A DNA stretch of 32,000 bases. Origin: an uncultured archaeon (GTDB lineage: Archaea; Asgardarchaeota; Thorarchaeia; Thorarchaeales; Thorarchaeaceae). The notes beneath the pieces are model-generated. The model was not told the origin of the DNA. It made no database searches and was given only the letters and a program-made list of their open reading frames with translations. The stretch lies in the NCBI GenBank assembly GCA_964648855.1, contig CAZYLT010000005.1, forward strand, positions 60,001 to 92,000, written 5' to 3'. Each line of letters opens with the position of its first letter. The stretch's first letter is position 1. Shown in pieces: positions 1 to 12,000 of this stretch. Both the position numbers and the translations under genes were made by a program.

Positions 1-2
1 AA

Positions 3-3000
3 TATAATAACCAGAAGAACCCATCGACATTCCTGAGTGCATCCAGTGAGCGCGACCTCCGTGACGCATGGGAGAATGATGATAGTGCAACCATGACCTT
101 CACAACGAGTTCGACAGAACCAATAACAATGGATGCAACCATGACCATGGACATCGAGGGCTCTGGTCAGACTCTTGATGAAGATTTGAATGATGGTACT
201 ACATTCTACGCAACAAACGGTACCAATTACGTGGATTGGACTGCTAACGTACTCGTTTCGCCACCAAATAACACTGAAACAATGAATGTGGAGATCAACT
301 ACCCCTTTACCCAATGGAATCCAACAAAAGTCATCAATCCGTTGGGAGCTGAAAAGACATATGGCACCGATTGGGATTATACTGCAGGAACGCTAACCAT
401 CTACTATCCAGCTGTCGATGTATATGGCGTATGGGTTCTTGAGTTTGTTAGCTGGAACTATGTTGAAGATTTACAGTTGGGCGTCAGTGGTCAGCCATTA
501 TCAGACTCCGCAACTCTGAATATCAACGATGATTTGAAATTACGTGCGACCACTCCATGGATACAAAATGCGAGAGCTGGTCTGGTATTGACCGATCCAA
601 CAGGGGCTGTCTGGCATACTGATTACAACACAACTGGGGCTCCTGGTACAACGTGGGATGTACCTTCCTTCCAATATCGATTCCCTCTAACAGTACCGTC
701 CTCCCAAGTAGGTGGCGACGTAACCGATTTCCCTGTGAAGGTAAGCTTTACAGATTCAAATCTCCAAGATACAAGCAAAGTACAAGCATCCGGCAATGAT
801 ATCGTCTTTGTGCAAAACGGAATAGTTCTTTCTCACCAAATTGAGCTGTTTGACCAAACCAATGGTGAACTAGTTGCATGGGTCAAAGCGAATTTGTCCG
901 GCTTAGTTGATACAAATCTATTCATGTATTATGGGAATCCAATTGTGGGTTCTTGTGAGAATCCTGAGGATGTCTGGACAAACAGCTATGATGCAGTGTG
1001 GCATTTGGATGAGGATGTGACCGATGAATCAACCGGTGGTATCCATTATGACTCTACGAGTTCGAATCTTGATGGAACACAAAATGGCAACTCTCGGATA
1101 GCTGGAAAATCTGGGGGATATGCACAATCATTCGACGGAACAAATGACTGGATTGTGATTGACTCTAGTTTGGGATATGATCCAACAGGCGACCTCTCAT
1201 TCTCCGGATGGTTCTATCTCCCTAGTGATTTCAGCAGCTCCTCATCGAGTCTCTTGCTCATGGAGAAGTACCTGAATGGAGACGACAACTTTCATATTGC
1301 ACTTGCAGGTTCTGATTACTCAGAGAGCGGTGTGACTGCTGGTAGCTTGGTCATCGGCATGGAGCTTGGTACGGATGAATATGCAAAGTGGACAAATGAT
1401 TATACATTCTGGGCCTCAGGCTGGTATCATTATACAATCACTATTGACTCTGATAATGTAGCAAATACAAAGCTCTATGTCAATGGTGCAGACGACACTG
1501 CTACAGGGAGTGCTGGCTCAGGAGGTACTCCTAATCCCGCAGATTTGGACTTCTCTGCTGATTGGGGAATTGGCGGAAGGTATGTAGAAGAAACTGCTGA
1601 ATTTCCAAGCAGTGAGGAATTCTTCAATGGAAGAATGGATGAGGTGCGAATCTCCAGCACTTATCGCTCAAGTTCTTGGATAAAAACTGAATATAACAAT
1701 ACAAATAACCCAACTGTTTTCGTACAAAGGGCAAGCGAACAGCAGAAGACCTCTCCTGAACACACATTCACTAAGACTATCGACTCATCTGCCATTGCAG
1801 GAGAATGGACCGCAAGTGTATACTACAACGACAGTGGAGCCTCTGTATCCGAAGCAACAGGACTCTATGAACGCAACTTCATCGTGAAACACGACAGTTC
1901 CCTTACGTTACTTTCGCCAACCGATGCTACATCCGATAAGACCTCTCTCAAAGTCGCCGGAGAACTTCTGCAAATAGAAGTACAGCTCACAGATGATATC
2001 ACAACGGATGGAGTTACTGGGGCTACGGTAAAGGTCAACTGGACTATTTCTGGAACCCCAACCGAAATTACGTTAGATGAATATGATAATGGTCGATATG
2101 GGAAGGTTCTGAATACATCCGACCTTAGTGAGAATAAGAGATGGAGAATCGATATCTGGTCTTCACATATTTACTATAATGATGCCACTGATTACTTCGA
2201 TTTGGACTTGAATCATGAAACTGATTTGACGTATCTGAATGTAGAAACTACTCCCACCGGATTTGATTTCACAGCTACACTTGTCTTCAGAGATGTCTAT
2301 GATGATACTCCAGTTACTGGAGCTGTAATCACTTTCGCAAATGGGACGCCCGTAACTATAGTTGACGAAGGAGCTGGAAGGTACAACATATCGCTCTCTA
2401 CCAGCAGTCTCTCTCTGGGTGACCATTGGTACGAATTCAGGGCATCTACGAGCGGAAGCTTTCTGGACGATGACACAACAAATGTGACCTTCACGTTGAG
2501 AAAACACTATACGGCCGTGAGCGTGCAAGGTGACTTCATCACTCCATACGGTGAAAACACCACAGTGAATGTTATCATTACCGACTTGGACACTGGTAGC
2601 GTGCTTAGCGAAACGAGCTCTATCTCATCATGGACATTTTCTTGGACTGGAGGCTCTGATACTGATACTTCTCTCACAGATTTCAGCTATATCTTGGCTA
2701 CGAATGCATGGAATATCGGAACTGATACGGTGACAATCTCAGTATCCATGTCAGGAGATTACTATAACCCGACCGATTATCTGTTTGATGTTCAAATTAG
2801 GAAGCACTATACTTCAGTGACAATTCTGGGAGATTTACTGAGTCCTCATGGATTTGATACGAATGTTACAGTTGTAATTACTGATGCTGACACCGGGCAG
2901 ATATTATCGAATATAGGCGATGTTTCATCATGGAACTTCGACTGGGGTTTAGGCTCGAATGATGAAACGCCTCCTGAGGATTTCAATTACACATTAAGCT

Positions 3001-6000
3001 CAAGTGCCTGGAATCTCGGTATAACTCAAGTAACGTTCTCTGTAAATATGAGTGGAATCTACGACAATCCCGCAAACTATGAATTCGAAGTAGAAATTAG
3101 AAAACATTATACTTCTGTATCAGTGCAGGGTGATTTCGTTACTCCCTATGGTCAGACTACCGATGTTACTGTCGTCATCACTGACCTAGATACAGGTACA
3201 TTATTAGGTTCCACAATTTCCATATCTTATTGGAATTTCACCTCTAGTAATCCCTCTGTTGATGAAACCTCTCCAACCGATTTTAGTGTGACATTGACTA
3301 CCGATACTTGGAGTCTAGGTATTGAAATTGTAACGCTTTCAGTCACCATGAGCGGAATCTATTATGATCCCGCAGATCACACCTTTGATGTTGAAATAAG
3401 AAGGCACAAAACTGCCGCATCCATCATTGGGGAATTCGTTACTCCTTATGGTCTTACTACTAATGTCACTGTTATCATTACTGACTTGGATACAGGCCAA
3501 CAGCTCTCAGATACAAGCAGCATCTGGTACTGGAATTTCACTTCATCATATAGTCCAATTAATGAAGAAGCCCCCTCTGATTTCAACCTAAGCCTGAGTA
3601 CGGAGAAATGGCTAATCGGCACTCAAACAGTCACCCTTTCTGTCACGATGATTGGATTCTATGATAGTCCTCAGAACATCCAGTTTGACATTCGAATACG
3701 TAAGCATTACACATCGGTAAGCGTATCTGGCAACTTCCTGACTGCGCATGGTTTCGATACCAACCTGACAGTTGTTATCCAAGATACAGACAATGGATCG
3801 GTTCTGGCTACAACAGCGAACGTTTCGTCATGGATTTTCGACTGGGGTACGGCCTCAGATCAAGAAAGCCCTGCCGACTATAGCTACATTCTTGCTACTA
3901 GCTCGTGGGACTTGGGAAAATTCACGATAACTTTGTCAGTGAACATGACCGATATCTATCAGAATCCGAGCGACCACCAATTTGAAGTACAAATTCGAGA
4001 GCATTACACCCAAGTTTCTGTATCCGGTGGCTTGGTGACTCCCTATGGAAATACCACTCCCATTGAGGTTGTAATAACGGACTTGGACACAAACACAGTT
4101 CTCGCAGATGCCAGTGTCATAACCGCATGGTCATTCACATCTACCTACGACCCTCTCATTCCACCTACCGACGATTTTTCAGTCGATCTAAACACAACCG
4201 CTTGGGATGTAGGGACTGAGTCGGTGACTCTCTCAGTCACACTGAGCGGCATTTACTTTACCCCCTCAGACTATGTGTTCAATATCAGAATACGAAGTCT
4301 TGAAACAACTCTCTATCATGAACCTAGCGATTTGCTGTTTCCGACCGGAGATGACTTTGTGATTGTTCTAAGGCTGAATGTGAGCGAGAATGGAATATAC
4401 TATGGCAACCCAATAAATGAACTATCTCAGGGTAATTTCACAGTAAGAAACTCCACTTACACTTATCCTGCAACAATCACATTCCTCGCAGACGGAAGAT
4501 ACAATCTTTCCATTGATGATGTTGGACATTTTGTTGAAGGAAGTTACACAATCACAGTGAGAGTAGACCCTACAAGTTCGCTATATGCCCTAAGCAAAGT
4601 TGTAATCACCTTTGAGTATCAACCCGCGAGGAGTGACCTCACTGCAAACCTCTATACAATCTCAACTCCCTACAATACGAATGCAACGGTGACACTAACT
4701 TATTACGACCTTGACAGGGGTTCCGGAATCACTACTGCTACAATCAACGCAAATATCTCTTGGATATCCTATACACATATTGGCAGTGGTAAGTACGAAG
4801 TGGAAATCGGTGTGGCCGATCTGACCATTGGCTCTCATTATGTCAATCTTACAGCAGATGCGGAAGGTTATACTGCCAGAAGTCTGGTAATCAAAGTAGT
4901 AATAACTAGAATTCATACGGATGCCGAGCCGTCCACAATCTCAATCGATATGCCTGTCGGGAACACCGAGATATTCTATATTGACTTCATCGATTTAGAT
5001 AATGATGTAGCCATTTTCGGCGCTGAAGTAATGCATGTAAGCAATTGGACTGGGTCAACACCAATCAATATAACATGGACTGGTAGCCGATATCGAGTCA
5101 ATTTCACTACAACCGGCGCTGACCAGCTGGGAATCTACCTGATTAGATTCAATTTCAGTAACGGTCTGAATTACCAACCCGCCATTTGCGATGTGGAAGT
5201 TGATATTCGCACTCATATTACAATATTCAATCTTGAAACTGCTGTTGAACCGACCGCTTTCAATGCCCTCATCAATATATCTGTCCGATACTATGACTTC
5301 GATAATAAGGTGGGCATCGATTCAGAACTTGTTGAAGATCATGTTTGGAATGGAACATTGGTTGCCACCACTTTGATTAATGAAGGTGGAGGATATTATA
5401 CAATTCAGATTAATGCAACTCAATTTCCCATCGGAGAGCAAAACTTCATTATCTATTTCAACTGGACTGGCACGGTTCAGCAGTATGAGAACAAGACAAT
5501 TACTGCTTCCGTCAATATTATTGGAGTGGCATCGGAGTTAACCCTCATATCATCCTCGGAACCAACTCCCTATTTTGGCAATATGTCATATACAATCAAA
5601 TATGCTGAGCAAGATAGTGGCGATGGCATAACTAACACAAGTAATCTTGAGTATGGAGATGGCCATGTCTTTATTTACGTAGAATTTGATGGCGTAACCG
5701 TCGATTTATCAAGCATTGCCATCTGGGAAGTAGATTACACAAATAAGCCCGGGCAGTATTCAATTAGATTCAACACCTCAATATTCAGCTCAGTCGGACT
5801 CTTCTACATGAAGGTCTACATCAATTGGTCGAAAGGGGTTGACCCTCAATACACAAATCGTACTGACACAATATCTGTTCGTGTACTGGCTCGTGATACC
5901 CTCATTTCGGTCATTCCTGCTTCATCAACACCATACAATGAGTATGCCGAATTCTCGTTCACATACGAAGATACTCTTGCAAGCGAGGATATTGCAAACT

Positions 6001-9000
6001 CGAGCCAGCTGTCCATTTCTCTTAGCTTGGCATCTTACAGTATTAGTTATGACTCTCCATCTCGGCACTTTACGGTGAGTTTCAATACTAGTCAGTTTGG
6101 ATCACTAGGTCAACAATCGTTTACACTAAATGTAACATGGGCTGGAATTCCGTTCTATGCAAACCGAACGAATCGCGTTGTTTTTGTGACTGTCACAGAC
6201 AGAGATACGGTACTAGACTATCAGGCACCTCCTCCCACCTCTTACCGTGAGAATGTATCATTCACACTCACATGGACTGACATTGCCGGCTCTACATCTT
6301 CAGGAATAGAGGGTGCTAGCATTGTTTTATATGATGGTAGCAATCCGATATCTGCAACCTATTACTCAGTTTCAGAATCTGGTGCCGGTGAGTACGATAT
6401 TGAACTGAATACCACCTATAAGACTGAACCTGGATACTACTCATTGAGAGTCGAAATTTCCTCGGCGGAGTTCTATTACTACACAGTAGATGCTGATAGG
6501 ACATTCAACATCCGGCAGAGGGTTACAATTCTTACCTCGGATCCGGTTAGCGATGTCCCGTATAATTCACCAATTGAAGTTGTCTTATATTATCAGGACT
6601 TGTTGAGCCTTGGCATAATTGGAAATGATTCATCTCTGGTTTCATTAGAAATAGTGACAGCAGGCGATTGGATATTCACAATATCTTGGCGACCGAGTAG
6701 AGGAAATTACCTATTGCTCATTGAAACTTCAAATCAAGCTGGTCTGGAAATTGGTGTTGAATATGAGCTACAACTCAACATGAGTTATGCATATACTGAT
6801 CCCTACTATAGATGGGATGACCTAACCATCGCCTATCAGCTTCGATATAGGGCATCCTCCTTAGAACAGACGGAGGCACCCATTCAAACGCCCTACCTTG
6901 ACTATTCCAATTTCACGTTGTACTACAGTGATGCAGATGCAAGCACCGGAATTGATGGCGGTGACATATATATCCTGAAGGGAGGCACAAGCCTCACTCA
7001 AGGTACTGATTTTGTATACAGTGTTAAGGCAGGAGGGTATTATTACGTATCAGTCAACAGTACAGCCTTGGATGAACTCGGTGGAACACAAATCACAGTC
7101 TGGGCAAACTGGACTGGAGGAACACCCTACCATAATAATGCAAGTCTGTCATTGACGTTGACTGTTACTCGACGAGCTACTAATGTTGTAGTATTGGTAT
7201 CTCCATCACGGACAAACTATCTTGAAGATGTGGTATTTGTTGTTGCATTTACTGATTTAGGAACAAATAACGCCCTAAGTACGGATAAGAGTTTGATTAC
7301 AATCTACAATGAGGGCGTTGCTCTTGATGCAGTTGATTTCACTTTCTCTCAGCTGGGTAGTAATTACAACTATGAGATTACCATCAATTCTTCTACTCTG
7401 TCAGCACAGCTCGCTTCAGAGCTCAATATAACAGTCTTTGTGGATTGGCCAAATGCACCGAATTACTATCAAGACGACTCAACATCTATACGGGTTACAA
7501 TCATCGCTCGAGAAACTGCATTGTCGATAGACAAACCTCAACGAACCGCATACGACGAGAATGCTACACTCAGTTTCCAGTTCTTGGACACAACAAACAT
7601 ACCTGAGCAATTGATAGAAGACAATCCCTCTCTCTCAGTTATCACAAATCTGTCCGCGATTCCTCAGATTACTTATGACTCTGGAAGTAAAGCTTTCAGT
7701 ATTTCATTTAATACTGCTCAATTTGGATATGTTGGTGTCCATTACTTCTATATCAATGTGACTTGGACTGGCTCGCCCTTCTACGGGAATAAGACATTAC
7801 AGATTTCATCTGTAAACGTGATATATAGGGAAACTCAAGCGAATTTCGAGGCCCCAGCGCCAACGCCGTTCAACGATAATGCCACATTCACAGTAACCTA
7901 TCTCGATATTGCTGGAGAAACAGAATTTGGGATTTCAGATGCAACTCTGACCATGTACTACTCTGGGGCTCAGATTCCATCAGAGAACTATAAGGTGACA
8001 CCAGATGGCTCTGGTGGATTTTCGGTGGAGCTATTCACCGGCTTCTTCACAGAACCTGGTTCATATGAACTCAATGCGAGCTTGGTATACACGGGAACAG
8101 AGTTCAAATCTGATGCCTCTGCGATTAGGAGTCTCTTGGTTCGATTCAGAAACACCATTCTGTCCGCAGATCCGGTTGGCTCCATCGGATACGGGACTCA
8201 AATGGAAGTTATATTAGAATTCCAAGATCAGCTAACACTAGATGCCATTGGTAATTCCTCCGATGAAACCACACTGACAATCCTTAATGATACTGCTACG
8301 CCATGGGTCTTCACCGTTCAGTGGCAACCATCAACCGAAACATACAGTCTGGTAATAGACACTGATGGTCAATCTTTGAGTGTTGATGTAAGCTATAGTC
8401 TGCGTGTAAATATGACCTATGTCTACCAGTCTCCCTACTACCGCCATGATGATACCTATATTTTCTTCTCAATACGAAAGCGGACATCACTGCTCAGTGT
8501 ACCTGAGCCCCCAACGCCTACTGCTTTCAATGAGCTTGCTGTTTTCGAATTATACTACGAGGATACCGATGTGAACCAAGGAATATCGGGGGCTACAATC
8601 CTAATAGATTCACTTGTCGAAGGCACTGATTTCTTTGTGTCTACAGGGGATGCTGGCACATACTTCATTTCACTGAACACATCCTCTCTTGGTGCTCCCG
8701 GTTCATATATTATCACAGTCACTGCAGATTGGCTCGATTCTGCTGCGCCATATTACAAAGACGCTGTACGTAATGTGACGGCATCTGTGACTCGAAGAAG
8801 TGCTGAGGTTGAAATTCTATCTCCTCCTGGTCAAGCTAGATACTTAGATAACCTGACTTTCACTTTTGCATACACCGATACAGCAGGAAGTAGCGAAACA
8901 CGCATATCCATAACGTCCAGTGATATTCAAATCTATGCCAATGGGACGCTCCTTCTCAACTCAGAATTCACATTGACCGAGACCACAAACGAAGCTTTCC

Positions 9001-12000
9001 GGGTCAGCATCAATACGACGGTGTTGGCTGCGACACTCGTTACTGATTACAATATTACCATTATCGTTGATTGGGCTGATGGTGTTGCCCCATACTATGA
9101 GGATGACCAAACCGAGTTATCGGTTAGCAGTGTAGGTCGTTCGATGTCTGTTACTCTCGGGCAAATCCAAACCACTCCTATAGATGATAACATGACAATT
9201 TCCTTCACTCTCGTTGATATCGCAAATGGCGCTCCTGTATCTGACGCCGTGATAATATTTGACTGTGCGAGAGCGGACATCACATTGTCCGAGGGCTCTT
9301 CATACTGGCTTTATGAAGGCACTGGAATATTGGTAGGTCACTACAATATAACAATTCGAACTTCAGCTTTGAAGGGAGTGGATGACTATGATTTCGACAT
9401 AGACATTCATTGGAACCAATCCATGAGTCCCTATTACAACAACCTTTCAAGAATCACGGTAACTGGTTCAGTTGATTTAATTTGGGCCTCTCTCCAAAGT
9501 GACTCTCCATCACCATCATCCGTACAAATCAGTGACAATGTTACTGTTGTTGTTTATTATACGGATCTCGATCACGGAGATGAGGGAATTGCTGGTGCAG
9601 AGGTATATGTTTCCTACCTCTCAACCGGTCTGATTCCAAGCTTCTTGAGCATAAACAAATCCATACCAGGCGTTTATGAGATTACTCTTAGCACAATAGA
9701 TTTGGATGACACTGGCGCCTATACATTGAATATAACTCTAGCCAAGTCAAAATATGAGAAGAAAGAAGTAAACCCCTCATTCACTGTTTCCGTGATTAGC
9801 ACCATTTTGACTCCTGACGAAGATACCATTGAAGACATACTCTGGACTACGGAGGTTACCATCACAGTGTCATACGAGGACTTACTACATCTCAACCTTA
9901 CACCCGGTGCGAATGTTACATATTCATGGGATGGTGGCACAGGCTCATTCAATGAGATTGGTTCGAGTGGTGAATACTATGCAACAATTGATACAACCCT
10001 TGCTAACTCAGGCACACGCGTAGTAACAATAACTGCTGAGAAGGACAAGTTCAGAACTTCTATTACCACTGTGGCTCTAATTGTTCTGACTCTGCCGTCA
10101 GAGATGGTAGCTTACGAACCTGCTGAACTTGTGAATGAGATTCCTCGTGGGAGTCCAGTTGATATCACTGTCTATCTGAATGATACCTACAATCTCCAAC
10201 CAATTCAGGATTCAATTGTATCAACTGTATACGCCACGTTTGAAGGAACTGACTATCCACTTACCTATAACGAGACCCCGGGCTATTATTATACTACTAT
10301 ACCTGGAGCGGATACAGAACTCCCAATCAGTTTCTACAATATTCGTGTTACTGCTCAGATGAATAACTATGATCCAGCCAGCTTCTCATTCAAGATTGAC
10401 CTATTGCAGACGTTAACTAGTTTGGAGCTCTATGATGATACCCAAGAAACGATGAATGCGGTTTTCTTCGAACAAGTTGAATTCACTCTCAACTTCACAC
10501 AGACAGTGAATGGAGATCCTATCGACATAGCAGAAGTCACCTGGTCATTATCTGACTCTGACCTGAAAGGCAACTTCACAAACTTGGGTGGCGGCATTTG
10601 GCATGTTGTCTTTGAGACTGCTAATGCCGGATATGGGACCTGGGGCTTTACCTTCAGGGGAATCCCAGACGATCCTGTCTTAGCTGCAACCACCTCAACG
10701 TTGACTCTTACCATAAAGAGGATTCCGACTCAGGCTGTTAATCCGACTCCTCTTACAGTTGTTTGGGGTTGGACGGGGAACATCAGTTTCCTCTTCTATG
10801 ATACGTACTTTGATGTTGGTATCTCAGGTGCCTTAGCGGAGTACTCTTGGGGTCCAATCAAGGGCAATGCTACAGACCTAGGAAATGGCACATACCTCGT
10901 TCCTGTTGATACAAGCATCCTGAGTACGGGGGACCGTCACTCTCTTCAAATTGCATTCTCAAAAGAGAATTATCAAGAGAGCAACGGGGGGCTCCAGATA
11001 GCGGTGCAAGAAATACCAACAGAGTTGTTCATTGCCCCTCAAGAGAATGACAGAATGATGATTGAGGGTAGTAAGACCAATCTTCAAGTGCCAATAAATG
11101 ACACTATCACTATTCGACTGTTCTACAATGATACAGACAATACTGAGGGATTTGTGGGTGGGATTGAAGAGGCATATCTTCTACCAGAGAGCTCGATAAT
11201 TGGTAGGCAGACATTCCAGGGACAGCTTGATTTCGAACTGATATCCGTAGGTGGCGGCTGGTATCAAATCGAATTTAATAGCAATGAAGCTCGCTATTAT
11301 ACCGCTGGAACATGGATTGATGGTGCCGAATTCAATTACTATGTAGCTATTAAGCTCGAGAATAGAACAATGGTTGAAACCTCCATACGAATCACCGTTA
11401 TTGAGAAACCCTCAGAATTAGTATTAGACCCTGAACTAGGTCTAACTCAGCCAGTTGTTTCGATGTATTATGGAGAAACCATACCGGTCACAGTATACTA
11501 TAATGATACCTGGCACAACTGGGGCGTTGATGACGCAACAATCATTGGGCAAATAGATATTGAGTCGCTTGTATTAGAGAATTGGGAGGAAAGCGGCGAA
11601 GGGTTCTATATTCTGTACCTAAGTGCTCCTGCTCCTATTGTGCCTGTTGGAATCGACCGAACCTCGGTAATCGTTACTGTCAACGCCAATAAGAGCACAC
11701 ATGCAGATGGACAACTGCTCCTGCGAGTGAACATCATCCCCACCGAATCACAAACCACAATGAGCACTGCAATCTCTTGGGGTACCCCTATCAGCTTGCT
11801 ATTGCTCTTCCTAGTGGTTCTATGGGTAAAGGTCTTTAGCGTGCCAAAGCGACTTCGGCAGATCAACGGTCAGATCAAGTCGCTAAGTAAGGGCAAAGTG
11901 CCAAAGCCAATTGAAGAGGCCAAGGACCGCCAAGAATTGGTTACCGACCTCTTCAATGACACCTATGAGAAGGTGGAAATAACGCGGCGTCCGGATGAGC

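Noticed and set aside
2499-4292. CRISPR array or diversity-generating retroelement repeats
   Set aside because: The repeats are in-frame diverged protein domains with no spacers, no adenine-specific TR/VR pair and no reverse transcriptase in the window
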